The notes beneath the pieces are model-generated. The model saw only the letters and a list, made by a program, of their open reading frames with translations. It was not told the DNA's origin and ran no database searches. A stretch of 64,000 bases of DNA from Acutalibacteraceae bacterium (GTDB taxonomy: Bacteria; Bacillota; Clostridia; Oscillospirales; Acutalibacteraceae): NCBI GenBank assembly GCA_045588735.1, contig JAZNET010000029.1, forward strand, positions 12,983 to 76,982, written 5' to 3'. Below are positions 34,894 through 44,537 of the stretch, one piece after another; the stretch's first letter is position 1, and every line of letters begins with the position of its first letter. Both the position numbers and the translations under genes were made by a program.

Positions 34894-34967
34894 TCGAATT
34901 TTCGAAGAAAATTCGATACCAAATATAAGATTTGGTATCGAAACAGCGTAAATTTACACTGTTTCGA
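34894..34967 (+). other. array of three contiguous perfect hairpins in the cheY-fliO spacer
   Basis: H1 is TCGAATTTT/AAAATTCGA (34894-34916). H2 is CGATACCAAAT/ATTTGGTATCG (34914-34940). H3 is TCGAAACAG/CTGTTTCGA (34938-34967). Adjacent stems share 3 nt (CGA/TCG). No T-run follows. Confidence 0.7.
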
Positions 34968-35008
34968 ATAACTATAATCATTATAAGATAATAAAGAGAG
35001 GGCTTTGT

Positions 35009-35395
35009 ATGGGGCAGACTGTTGAAACAGTTCTTGTAGGAATTGGTACAATTGTCCTTATGCTGCTTGTTTTCGTCGGAGCTTATTTCTTCTCTAAATT
35101 TGCGGCAAAGCAATATCAACCAAAGTTTGGTGCCGCAAGAAATATAGAAATAATAGAACGAATGGTAGTGGGTAAGGACCAGTCACTTGCTTTAGTCAGA
35201 GTTTCCGGTAGAGTATTTCTTATAGCATTTACAGCGCAAAGCGTAACAAAGATTGAAGAAATGGATTCTTCACTTTTTCCTGTGGACACGGAGGTTCAGA
35301 AAACAGGCGAAAACTTTATGAACTTCTTCACGGACGCTTATAAAAATTTGTTGAATAAAAAGAATGAGGAGAAGGGGGATGAAACAGATGAATAA
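35009..35395 (+). CDS. fliO: flagellar biosynthesis protein FliO/FliZ
   Basis: 128 aa with a single N-terminal TM segment. The block IEIIERMVVGKDQSLALVRVSGRVFLI is typical of FliO. It precedes fliP. Confidence 0.7.
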   Translation: MGQTVETVLVGIGTIVLMLLVFVGAYFFSKFAAKQYQPKFGAARNIEIIERMVVGKDQSLALVRVSGRVFLIAFTAQSVTKIEEMDSSLFPVDTEVQKTGENFMNFFTDAYKNLLNKKNEEKGDETDE

Positions 35396-36206
35396 AAATC
35401 CCGCTGCTGAAAAAAGCAAATCTCCTCGTTCTAAGCAAATAAAACGGTTGTGGGGACGTCTGATAGTATTAACTGTTGCCATAACTGTTTTTACTATTAT
35501 TTTCGCAGTTACTGTAAATGCAGCATCAGTAAGCGTTGATATTAACAGTGACACGCAGGACGGCGCAATGAGTGAATTACAGCTCTTGTTCTTGTTTGTG
35601 TTACTTGCGTTAGCACCTTCCTTACTAATGATGATGACAAGCTTTACACGAATTGTAATTGTTTTGTCGCTTTTAAGAAATGCAATCGGTTTACAGCAGA
35701 CACCGCCTAACCAGGTTATTATAGGACTTGCACTCGCATTATCACTCTTTATAATGGCACCCGTTATTTCAACTGTAAATAAGGATGCTATTGAGCCTTT
35801 GCAAAAGGGCAAAATTACCGAAGAGGTTGCTTTAGAAAAAATGCAGGACCCTATAAAGGAGTTTATGCTTAAACAAACTAAGGACAAGGATTTAAATATG
35901 TTCTTATCACTTGCAGGTGATGAGGAAAAGGTAGAAGGCGGAAACACGGAATCATTGAAGGAATTAAGTCTTTCTGTTATTGTTCCTGCTTTCATTACAA
36001 GTGAATTAAAGCGTGCATTTACAATGGGCTTCCTGTTGTTCCTGCCGTTTTTAGTAATTGATATGATAGTTTCGAGTACCCTTATGTCAATGGGTATGGT
36101 TATGCTGCCTCCGTCTATGATATCGCTGCCGTTTAAGCTTATGCTTTTCGTAGTGGTTGACGGATGGGGACTGCTTATAGAAACGCTTATAACGAGCTTT
36201 AATTAG
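35379..36206 (+). CDS. fliP: flagellar export apparatus protein FliP
   Basis: Conserved FTRIVIVLSLLRNAIG and MISLPFKL blocks. The ATG at 35379 follows GAGGAGAAGGGGG and overlaps the fliO end. Confidence 0.9.
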   Translation: MKQMNKNPAAEKSKSPRSKQIKRLWGRLIVLTVAITVFTIIFAVTVNAASVSVDINSDTQDGAMSELQLLFLFVLLALAPSLLMMMTSFTRIVIVLSLLRNAIGLQQTPPNQVIIGLALALSLFIMAPVISTVNKDAIEPLQKGKITEEVALEKMQDPIKEFMLKQTKDKDLNMFLSLAGDEEKVEGGNTESLKELSLSVIVPAFITSELKRAFTMGFLLFLPFLVIDMIVSSTLMSMGMVMLPPSMISLPFKLMLFVVVDGWGLLIETLITSFN

Positions 36207-36246
36207 CTACGCTTAGTGTTTAAATTTTGTGAAGGGAGGAATCGTA

Positions 36247-36510
36247 ATGGCACAAGATGATGCTCTTGTTATATTCAGAGAAGCCATTCTTTTAATAGTA
36301 AAGCTTGTGTCACCATTGCTTATAATAAGCGTTGGCGTGGGTTTAGTAATTGCTATATTCCAGGCAGCTACACAAATTCACGAGCAAACCCTTTCCTTTG
36401 CACCTAAAATTTTAATAATAGGCGTTATTCTTATTTTGGCAGGGTCTTGGATGATTGCTAGTATACAGGAATTTTTCCAATACATAATGTCATATATGTC
36501 GGGGTTATAG
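36247..36510 (+). CDS. fliQ: flagellar export apparatus protein FliQ
   Basis: 87 aa with two TM segments. The ATG at 36247 follows AGGGAGG. Confidence 0.9.
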   Translation: MAQDDALVIFREAILLIVKLVSPLLIISVGVGLVIAIFQAATQIHEQTLSFAPKILIIGVILILAGSWMIASIQEFFQYIMSYMSGL

Positions 36511-36513
36511 TAA

Positions 36514-37284
36514 ATGACCGGGCAGGTATTGGTACAAGGTCTTAGCGCTTACATACTCGTTTTTTGCAGAATGGGCGGAATGCTGTTTTTTAACCCGCTG
36601 CTTGCAAGAAAAAACGTTGTTTCAGCTGTTAAAATAGGCCTTGCTTTAGGTATCACGTTAATTTTAACTCCTTCGCTTAAGTCAACGGGAATAGCAAACT
36701 TAGACGGTCTTGCGTTTCTGTTTGCAATGCTTATGGAGTTTATGGTAGGCTTTGCCGCAGGTCTTATTTTTCAAATTTTTTACTATATGCTTTTTGCCGC
36801 AGGCGATATTATAGATATGGGCTTCGGTCTTTCAATGGCAAAGGCATTTGACCCGGGTACAAATATTCAAACCTCAGTTTCAGGTAAGCTGTTTGAGCTT
36901 TTGTTTATAATGTACTTTTTTGCAACGGACAGTCACCTTACTTTTATAAGAATAATGGCTTCCTCCTACGACGTAGTGTCTATGGGCGCAGTAGAAATAG
37001 GGCAGGACACGGCAAAGTTTATAATGACGCTCTTTGTTTCAGCCTTTGTGCTTATAATAAAGCTTGTAGCACCGTTTGTTGCAGCAACCTTTGTTATAGA
37101 GGTAGCATTAGGCGTTTTAATGAAGCTGTCGCCGCAAATCAATATATTTTCAATTCATTTCCCTTTGAAAATTTTTGCCGGCTTATTGCTTTTGTTTGCT
37201 TTCTCTGTTCCGGTAGGAAATTTTATGGAAAACTATGTTGTAATAATGATGGAAAATCTTTACAAGCTGTTTGCTGTAATATAG
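36514..37284 (+). CDS. fliR: flagellar export apparatus protein FliR
   Basis: 256-aa polytopic protein between fliQ and flhB. Confidence 0.9.
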   Translation: MTGQVLVQGLSAYILVFCRMGGMLFFNPLLARKNVVSAVKIGLALGITLILTPSLKSTGIANLDGLAFLFAMLMEFMVGFAAGLIFQIFYYMLFAAGDIIDMGFGLSMAKAFDPGTNIQTSVSGKLFELLFIMYFFATDSHLTFIRIMASSYDVVSMGAVEIGQDTAKFIMTLFVSAFVLIIKLVAPFVAATFVIEVALGVLMKLSPQINIFSIHFPLKIFAGLLLLFAFSVPVGNFMENYVVIMMENLYKLFAVI

Positions 37285-37328
37285 TTTTATTTTAAATTTA
37301 TTCTTACTGTGAAAAGTGGTGGTTAAAA

Positions 37329-38393
37329 ATGGCTGGTGAAAAAACCGAAAAAGCGACGCCCAAAAAGCGACGGGACGAACGAAAGAAAGGTAACGTCTTT
37401 CTGAGTAAAGACGCTGTTACTGCCGTGTCGCTTATTGCATCCTTTTATGGTTTGAAAATGCTTGCACCCTCCATTTTTGACAGTATTCAGGAAATGGTAG
37501 AAAAGTATTTTACCTTAGCAGGTACCACAGATGCGTTTTTGTCAACAGATATTTCTACTACTTTTACAGATTTAGCGCTTGTGTTTTTAAAATGCGCTAT
37601 GCCGTTGGTGCTTATTTCTGTGTTGGTTGCGGTAATAGCTACAATGGCACAAACAAAAATGCTTTTTTCCCCAAAAGCATTCGCACCAAAATTTAACAGA
37701 ATCAACCCACTCAACGGTATTAAAAAAATGTTCTCTATGAGAGCAATAGTTGAGCTTTTAAAATCACTTTTTAAAATTACAATTTTACTTTACGTTGTTT
37801 ACACAGTGCTTATAGACGAGGTTGTTACCTTGCCTATGCTTATAAATATGACACCTATGTCCGTTATAAACAAAACAGGTGATATTATTATGGACGTAGT
37901 GCTTAAGTCAGGCATAGCCTTTGTATTTTTAGCTGCAGCCGACTACCTTTATCAGTGGTGGGACTACGAAAAGAATATGAAGATGAGTAAGCAAGAGGTT
38001 AAAGATGAATATAAGCAAATTGAAGGTAACCCGCAAATTAAGGGTCGACAAAGAAATGTTCAGCAGCAGCGTTCCCGTCAGAGAATGATGCAAAACGTTC
38101 CCGAGGCAGACGTTGTTATTCGTAACCCTACTCACTTTGCGGTTGCACTTAAATTTGACAGAGATAAAGACAGAGCTCCGCGTGTGGTTGCAAAGGGTAT
38201 GGACCAGCTTGCCTTAAGAATTGTTAAGGTGGCTGAGGAAAATAACGTTTACGTTACCGAGGACAAACCGCTTGCGCGTGCGCTTTTCAATGCTGTAGAG
38301 GTCGGGGATGAAATTCCCGAGGAATTCTACAAGGCAATTGCTAAAATCTTAGCATTTGTTTACAGCTTAAAAAATAAAGCAGATAAAAAATAA
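37329..38393 (+). CDS. flhB: flagellar export switch protein FlhB
   Basis: N-terminal GEKTEKATPKKRRDERKKG and the autocleavage NPTH motif (IRNPTHFAVAL). Confidence 0.95.
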   Translation: MAGEKTEKATPKKRRDERKKGNVFLSKDAVTAVSLIASFYGLKMLAPSIFDSIQEMVEKYFTLAGTTDAFLSTDISTTFTDLALVFLKCAMPLVLISVLVAVIATMAQTKMLFSPKAFAPKFNRINPLNGIKKMFSMRAIVELLKSLFKITILLYVVYTVLIDEVVTLPMLINMTPMSVINKTGDIIMDVVLKSGIAFVFLAAADYLYQWWDYEKNMKMSKQEVKDEYKQIEGNPQIKGRQRNVQQQRSRQRMMQNVPEADVVIRNPTHFAVALKFDRDKDRAPRVVAKGMDQLALRIVKVAEENNVYVTEDKPLARALFNAVEVGDEIPEEFYKAIAKILAFVYSLKNKADKK

Positions 38394-38412
38394 AAGAAAA
38401 GGAGGTTAGAAA

Positions 38413-40509
38413 ATGAACATAAAATCAAGGCTTAAAACAAGCTCAGTTGCGTTTCTTATGGTTGCGGTTGTAGCACTTTTAATTATTCCGCTTCCAACGG
38501 GAATTCTTGACTTTATGTTTATACTTAACCTTACTATTTCTTTAGTTATTTTATTTATAACAATGTACATAAAGGAAACGCTTGAATTCGCTATTTTCCC
38601 GTCATTGTTACTTGTTACTACAGTTTTTCGTCTCAGCCTTAACATATCGTCAACAAGAGCTATTCTTACAAACGGCGGTTTTGCAGGCAAGGTTATTGAA
38701 ACCTTCGGCTCGTTCGTTATAGGCGGAGGCAACGGCACTATAGAGATTAAAAACCTCGTAGTTGGTCTTATTATATTTATAATTCTTGTTTTAGTTCAGT
38801 TTATTGTTATTACAAAGGGTGCCGAGCGTGTTGCAGAGGTTTCTGCAAGATTTACACTTGATGCTTTACCCGGTAAGCAAATGGCAATTGACGCTGACTT
38901 AAGCTCAGGTCTCATTACAGAGGAGCAGGCAAGAGAAAGACGTTCAAAAATTCAACGTGAAGCAGACTTTTTCGGCGCTATGGACGGTGCTACCAAGTTT
39001 GTTAAGGGTGACGCAATTATTTCTATTATTGTTACCTTAATAAACTTAATAGGTGGTATTGTTGTCGGTATTATAAACGGCGGACAGTTTATGGATACCC
39101 TCACAACCTACTCAATTGCTACAGTAGGTGACGGTCTTATGAGCCAGCTTCCGTCACTCTTGATTTCAATGGCAACAGGTCTTGTTGTTACACGCTCATC
39201 CTCTGAGGCTGACCTTAACTCCGACGTTCTTAAGCAATTTTCAAATCAACCGTTTGTTATACTTATTGCGGGCGTGATTTTACCGTTCTTGATTTTAATT
39301 GGCTTCCCTGCACTTCAAACCTCAATTATTTCTGTGGCGCTTATTGCATTGGGTATAGTTCTTTTAAGAAAATCAAAGGAGCCAATGGGTGCAGAGGGCG
39401 AAATCGGAGAGCTTCCGTCTGCGCAGGAGGTTACAAGCGAGGTAAGCTACTACAAAAACCTCGACAACGTTTACAACCTTCTTAACGTTGATGCAATTTG
39501 TGTTGAGGTTGGATACAGCCTGTTACCTATTGTTGATGAAAGCAGCGGTGGTAATTTCCTTGACCGTGTGGTTATGCTCAGAAAGCATTTTGCTGATGAA
39601 ATGGGTATGGTTATTCCTGCTATTCGTCTTAAGGATAGCTCACAGCTTAACCCTAATCAATACGAAATAAAGCTTAAGGGCGAGTCTGTTGCTATAGGTG
39701 AGGTTTTACTTGACCACTACTTAGGTCTTGTGCCTGCAGAAACACCTGAAAACGACGTTGACGGTATTGAAACTGTAGAGCCTGCATTTGGTATGCCTGC
39801 TAAATGGATTAGTGATGATAAGAAAATCAAAGCAGAAATTGCAGGCTACACACTTATTGACCCTACCTCTGTTATGGTTACACACTTGTCTGAAATTATA
39901 AGGCGCCACGCAAGTGAGCTTCTCAGCAGACAAGAGGTTAAGAGAATGATTGAAAATCTTAAGCAAAGCAACGAAAGCATTGTTGAGGATACCGTTCCTG
40001 CAATTGTTTCTCTAAACGAGCTCCAAAGAGTTTTAAGAAATCTTTTAAGAGAAGGTATTCCTATTTTAGATATGGAAACTATTCTCGAAACACTTTCTGA
40101 CTATGCGCCAACCGTAAAGGACCACGATATGCTTACGGAATACGTAAGACAGGCGCTGAGAAGAACTATTACTCATAAATTCTCAATAGCAGGTCAGTTA
40201 AAGGTTGTAAGCCTTGATTCTGAAATAGAAGATTTAATTATAAAAAGCATTAAGAAAATTGAAGGCGGTGCTTACTTAGCACTTGAACCGGATGTAATCC
40301 AGAAAATTGTTACAAGCACAACGGAGCAGATAAATCAAATGAAAAAGCTCGTTCAAGAGCCTATTATAATTACCTCTCCCGTTGTAAGAATTTACTTTAA
40401 AAAGCTGCTTGACCAGTTTTATCCGGATATTACGGTGTTATCCTTTAATGATATTGATACATCCGTACAAATTCAATCTCTTGGCACTATTACACTTATG
40501 GCAATGTAA
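38413..40509 (+). CDS. flhA: flagellar export gate protein FlhA
   Basis: 698 aa with FHIPEP-family blocks (LLVTTVFRLSLNISSTRAIL, FVKGDAI, GDGLMSQLPSLLIS). Confidence 0.95.
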   Translation: MNIKSRLKTSSVAFLMVAVVALLIIPLPTGILDFMFILNLTISLVILFITMYIKETLEFAIFPSLLLVTTVFRLSLNISSTRAILTNGGFAGKVIETFGSFVIGGGNGTIEIKNLVVGLIIFIILVLVQFIVITKGAERVAEVSARFTLDALPGKQMAIDADLSSGLITEEQARERRSKIQREADFFGAMDGATKFVKGDAIISIIVTLINLIGGIVVGIINGGQFMDTLTTYSIATVGDGLMSQLPSLLISMATGLVVTRSSSEADLNSDVLKQFSNQPFVILIAGVILPFLILIGFPALQTSIISVALIALGIVLLRKSKEPMGAEGEIGELPSAQEVTSEVSYYKNLDNVYNLLNVDAICVEVGYSLLPIVDESSGGNFLDRVVMLRKHFADEMGMVIPAIRLKDSSQLNPNQYEIKLKGESVAIGEVLLDHYLGLVPAETPENDVDGIETVEPAFGMPAKWISDDKKIKAEIAGYTLIDPTSVMVTHLSEIIRRHASELLSRQEVKRMIENLKQSNESIVEDTVPAIVSLNELQRVLRNLLREGIPILDMETILETLSDYAPTVKDHDMLTEYVRQALRRTITHKFSIAGQLKVVSLDSEIEDLIIKSIKKIEGGAYLALEPDVIQKIVTSTTEQINQMKKLVQEPIIITSPVVRIYFKKLLDQFYPDITVLSFNDIDTSVQIQSLGTITLMAM

Positions 40510-40570
40510 ATTTAGCCATAATAAGATTTTAGGTGTGACTTGTCCACCGTAAAAAGGGGTGATAACAGTT

Positions 40571-41353
40571 ATGGGCGAATCCTTTGCAATTAAAGAAGTA
40601 AAATTAGATAACCCTGAAAAGGTTATGAGCGACTTTAAGGCAACCGGTAGCGTAGAGCTGAGAAACAAGCTTGTTATGCATTACCTTAACCTTGTAAATT
40701 TAGCCATTTACAGTATGCGTTCCGTGCTGTTATCTAACGTGCCGTTTGAGGACTTTTTCAACCAGGGTGTTATAGCACTTATAGATTGCCTGGAGCGTTA
40801 TGACCCAACAAGAGGCGCAAGCTTTGACACCTACAGCTACTTAGCAATTCGCGGTGCAATTTTAAAATATATGCGTAAGCAAAATTGGCTTACAAACAGA
40901 GCTTGGGATGCACAAAACAAAATTTCTCAGGGAAGAAAGTTTTTAGAGCAAAAGCTGCTCAGAGAACCAACTGATGCAGAGCTTGCTGAGTATTTGGGCA
41001 TTACAGAGCAGCAGTTAGGTCAAAGGATTGTTGAAATTGCATCTGTAGATACAATCTCCTTTGAGGAAATGATAGAACAAGCCTGGGAAGGTGTTATTGA
41101 GAAATCAATGGATACCTCCAAATCTCACGTGGATAACGATTTATTGGAAAACGAGCTTCGCGGAGAGCTTGCAAAGGCAATTGATTGCCTTGACCCGAAG
41201 GAAAAACAAGTTATATCACTTTATTATTACGAAAACCTCAATTTAAGAGAAATAGGTGAGGTTTTAGATATTTCTCAGCAAAGAGTATCGCAACTTCGTA
41301 AAAGAGCGCTCGACAAGCTGCACGAGCAAATGAAAGAATATAATTGTGATTAG
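40571..41353 (+). CDS. sigD: flagellar sigma-28 factor (SigD/FliA family)
   Basis: Sigma-70 regions 2, 3 and 4 (YDPTRGASFDTYSYLAIRGAI; LNLREIGEVLDISQQRVSQL). The size and context fit FliA/SigD. The ATG at 40571 follows GGGGTGA. Confidence 0.85.
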   Translation: MGESFAIKEVKLDNPEKVMSDFKATGSVELRNKLVMHYLNLVNLAIYSMRSVLLSNVPFEDFFNQGVIALIDCLERYDPTRGASFDTYSYLAIRGAILKYMRKQNWLTNRAWDAQNKISQGRKFLEQKLLREPTDAELAEYLGITEQQLGQRIVEIASVDTISFEEMIEQAWEGVIEKSMDTSKSHVDNDLLENELRGELAKAIDCLDPKEKQVISLYYYENLNLREIGEVLDISQQRVSQLRKRALDKLHEQMKEYNCD

Positions 41354-41364
41354 GAGGTAAGCTT

Positions 41365-42120
41365 ATGTATTCAGGTTTTTACACACTTGCTTCAGGAATT
41401 CTTACAAGACAAAATGAAATAGACGTTCTTGGTAATAATATTACAAACGTTAAAACACCGGGCTACAAAACAGACAGAGTTGAAACCTCTGCTTTTGAAA
41501 TGGAGCTAATGGTAAGAATGGAAAACGGAGAAGCTACTACTTTAGGTGATGGTGTTGGCCAGGTTTCATCTATTATTCAAGATATTCATACCATAATGGA
41601 TGCAGGTATTATTGAGCAAACAGGCAGAGAGCTTGATATGGCAATAAACGGTGACGGCTTTTTTAACGTGCGCACACCGGACGGTCAGACAGCAATTACC
41701 AAAAACGGTAATTTTGACCTTGATGAGCAGGGCTTCCTTGTTCTTAACGGCGTTGGCAGAGTTTTAGGTCAAAACGGTGAAATTTACATTGGTGAAAGCG
41801 GATTTCAGGTTTTACCAAACGGCGTAATAAATTCTGCAAACGGAAATTATATTGATACTCTTCTTGTTAACAGACCTGCAGAGGGTATTACTGTTACTAA
41901 AATTGAAAACTCTGCATTTGTAATACAAAATCAGGGGGATTTGGTTGCGGCTGAAAATTACACAGTGCTTCAGGGTTCCTTAGAGGCTTCAAACGTAGAT
42001 ATAAACACAGAGCTTACAAAGCTTATAGAGGCACAAAGGTCCTTCCAGCTTTACTCATCTGCAATGCGAATTGTAGACCAGATGGACCAGCAAGCATCCT
42101 CTAAAATAGCATCAGTATAA
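41365..42120 (+). CDS. flagellar basal-body rod protein (FlgF/FlhO-like)
   Basis: N-terminal GNNITNVKTPGYK and C-terminal LEASNVDINTELTKLIEAQRSFQ rod-family motifs. Confidence 0.8.
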   Translation: MYSGFYTLASGILTRQNEIDVLGNNITNVKTPGYKTDRVETSAFEMELMVRMENGEATTLGDGVGQVSSIIQDIHTIMDAGIIEQTGRELDMAINGDGFFNVRTPDGQTAITKNGNFDLDEQGFLVLNGVGRVLGQNGEIYIGESGFQVLPNGVINSANGNYIDTLLVNRPAEGITVTKIENSAFVIQNQGDLVAAENYTVLQGSLEASNVDINTELTKLIEAQRSFQLYSSAMRIVDQMDQQASSKIASV

Positions 42121-42135
42121 TAAGGAGGAAGGTTT

Positions 42136-42867
42136 ATGAGAACAGCTTTTTATGCGGGCGCAAGTGGTTTAATTGCTAACCAAAAGGCAATGGATAACCT
42201 TGGTAATAACGTTGCTAACGTAAGCACGGTGGGCTACAAACCTCAAAATGTTTCGTTTCAGTCGCTTATATATGATGAGATGTACGTAAATACACCAACA
42301 GACCCCGAAAAGGGAAACGGTGTAAAGGTTGAAATAAATGATACAAACTTTACACAGGGCTCTTTAATTCCTACAAACTATCCGTTAGACTTTGCAATTA
42401 CAAGCAACGCTTTGTTTGCAGTTGAGCAGGACGGTATAATAGGTTACACAAGAGCAGGTAATTTTAACGTTGGCTTAATTGGTGAAGAGGGTTACCTTGT
42501 AACACAAAGCGGTGATTTTGTTCTTGATAAGAACGGTCAGAGAATTGTGCTTCAAAAAATAGAAGGCACAAACAATTTTGATACAACAAGCTTAACCAAT
42601 ACAATTGGTCTTTTCACTTTTGATAATCCTAACTACTTAACACCTGTGCAGGATAATCTTTTTGCAGTATCCGAAAAAAGCGGGCCGGCAGTAGCAGTAG
42701 ATAATAACGACGGTCAGATTATTCAGTATGCACTTGAGCAATCCGCAACAGTGCTTTCAGAAGAAATGGTAGAAATGATTACCCTTCAGAGAGCATACCA
42801 GTTATCAGCAAGAGTGGTTACTGTTGCTGAGGAAAACCAAAGAACAATAAACGAGCTTAGGAGATAA
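42136..42867 (+). CDS. flgG: flagellar basal-body rod protein (FlgG/FlhP-like)
   Basis: N-terminal GNNVANVSTVGYK and C-terminal MVEMITLQRAYQLSA rod-family motifs. Confidence 0.75.
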   Translation: MRTAFYAGASGLIANQKAMDNLGNNVANVSTVGYKPQNVSFQSLIYDEMYVNTPTDPEKGNGVKVEINDTNFTQGSLIPTNYPLDFAITSNALFAVEQDGIIGYTRAGNFNVGLIGEEGYLVTQSGDFVLDKNGQRIVLQKIEGTNNFDTTSLTNTIGLFTFDNPNYLTPVQDNLFAVSEKSGPAVAVDNNDGQIIQYALEQSATVLSEEMVEMITLQRAYQLSARVVTVAEENQRTINELRR

Positions 42868-42869
42868 TT

Positions 42870-43490
42870 ATGGCGTTTGAAAATTATGAATTAAACGAAA
42901 TGCAATTTGATGCTTTAAAGGAAATTGGTAATATAGGCTCAGGTCACGCTGCATCTGCATTGTCCTCAATGCTTGACAGACCTATTGATATGAACGTTCC
43001 GCAAATAAATATTCTTGACTATAACGAGGTTGTGGACAATCTTGGCGGTCCTGAAAACGTGCTTGCAGGTATTTTAATGTCCCTTACAGGCGATGTTTCC
43101 GGTATGATAATGTTCCTTATTCATAAGCCGTTTGTTAAAATTCTTTTAAGCAATCTTCTTGGCATGGATATTGAAGATAACTTTGACCTTGACGAAATGA
43201 GTCAGTCTGCAATTAAAGAGGTTGGTAATATTATTGCTGCTTCGTACGTTAACGCTATTGCAGAGCTTACAGGTCTTGCTATCGAAATTTCTCCACCCGA
43301 GCTTTCTGTAGATATGGTAGGCTCCGTTTTAAGCCTTCCTGCAATCTATTATGCAAATATCAGTGATAAAATCATCTTTATTAAGGATGAGTTAGATGAA
43401 GTAGATGCCGCATCATCACAAATTATTTTGATTCCTGATGTTGACTCTCTGAAAAAAATCATGGAAAGTTTGGGGTTAGCTGAAATATGA
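42870..43490 (+). CDS. cheC: CheY-P phosphatase CheC
   Basis: Two CheC repeats (DALKEIGNIGSGHAASALS; SAIKEVGNIIAASYVNA). 206 aa, followed by cheD. Confidence 0.85.
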   Translation: MAFENYELNEMQFDALKEIGNIGSGHAASALSSMLDRPIDMNVPQINILDYNEVVDNLGGPENVLAGILMSLTGDVSGMIMFLIHKPFVKILLSNLLGMDIEDNFDLDEMSQSAIKEVGNIIAASYVNAIAELTGLAIEISPPELSVDMVGSVLSLPAIYYANISDKIIFIKDELDEVDAASSQIILIPDVDSLKKIMESLGLAEI

Positions 43491-43975
43491 GTCAAAATGT
43501 TGTAGTGGGTATATCCGACTTGAACGTGGCAAAGGACGGAGACGTTCTTGTTACATATGCGCTGGGCTCTTGCATAGGAATTTGCCTTTATGATGAAAGC
43601 GTAAAGGTAGCAGGACTTTCACATATTATGCTGCCTACAAGTGAGGGCTTTAACCCTCAGGGTAAGGAAATATGGAAGTTTGCCGATACAGCTATTCCGG
43701 ATTTAATTAAGAAGATGGAGCAGTTAGGTGCAAATAAATTCAGAATAAAAGCCAAAATTGCAGGTGGTGCGCAAATGTTCCCCGGCTTTAATAACACGTC
43801 GCTTTCATCTATTGGTGAAAGAAATATTGTAGCTGTTAAGGAAACGCTTAAAAAGCTTCGCATCCCCATTTTAGCAGAGGATTGCGGTAAGGATTACGGA
43901 AGAACACAGTTCTTTGATTCTGCTACCGGTGAAATGAAAATAAAGGCAGCTCTTCGCGGCGAATGGGTATATTAA
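43487..43975 (+). CDS. cheD: chemoreceptor glutamine deamidase CheD
   Basis: 162 aa with ALGSCIGICLYD...GLSHIMLP motifs. It overlaps the cheC stop. Confidence 0.85.
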   Translation: MSQNVVVGISDLNVAKDGDVLVTYALGSCIGICLYDESVKVAGLSHIMLPTSEGFNPQGKEIWKFADTAIPDLIKKMEQLGANKFRIKAKIAGGAQMFPGFNNTSLSSIGERNIVAVKETLKKLRIPILAEDCGKDYGRTQFFDSATGEMKIKAALRGEWVY

Positions 43976-43983
43976 AAAATTAA

Positions 43984-44016
43984 CTCCCGAAACCAAAGAG
44001 GTTTCGGGAGTTTTTA
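43984..44016. terminator. bidirectional terminator ending the flagellar operon
   Basis: Perfect 10-bp stem CTCCCGAAAC/GTTTCGGGAG followed by T5. An A-run lies upstream. It sits between convergent genes. Confidence 0.85.
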
Positions 44017-44019
44017 TGT

Positions 44020-44520
44020 TTATTTAAAAAACTTTTTGTAGGTAACCGTACCGTATGCGGCAGTAAGCACAACGTCGTCTGCATCAGGAGTTTCTGCAGG
44101 CTTAAGCTTTACGTCAGCCTCAATATCAATATAAACCTCAGTAACACCCTCAGCGTTTAAGTTTACCCTTAGCTCATTGTAGTCTTTATTGACATACTTT
44201 TTTTCATTTACGAGCCCCCAGGGGGAAGCGTCAAGGTTGTAAACAAGTGCGCCACCGTCGCAGGTTACGTCGCTTTTAGGAGTGACTACTACGTGCACCT
44301 TTGCTCTGGAGCTGGTATAGGTTGGAAGGATTCCGAAAAAGGTAGTTTTCTCACCCGGCTTATAGTCTGTAATTTCAACGGTTACGTCATAAAAGAGGTT
44401 TAAGTTATCTTTAGTCATTTGTTTTGATTCTTTAGCAGTTGCAAGGTAAATAACACCTGCACCAATGGCAACTACTAATATAATTGCAACAATAGCAATA
44501 ATTTTCTTTTTCATTTCCAT
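44020..44520 (-). CDS. membrane-anchored hypothetical protein downstream of copA
   Basis: 166 aa with an N-terminal TM/signal anchor (IIAIVAIILVVAIGAGVIYL), then a beta-rich domain with no motif I recognise. It lies 17 nt after copA. Confidence 0.5.
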   Translation of the reverse strand: MEMKKKIIAIVAIILVVAIGAGVIYLATAKESKQMTKDNLNLFYDVTVEITDYKPGEKTTFFGILPTYTSSRAKVHVVVTPKSDVTCDGGALVYNLDASPWGLVNEKKYVNKDYNELRVNLNAEGVTEVYIDIEADVKLKPAETPDADDVVLTAAYGTVTYKKFFK

Positions 44521-44537
44521 CCGCCTTACCTTATAAA

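Noticed and set aside
35270-35995. 241-aa minus-strand ORF opposite fliO and fliP.
   Set aside because: The sense strand encodes unmistakable FliP motifs. The antisense product has no start context or recognisable features.
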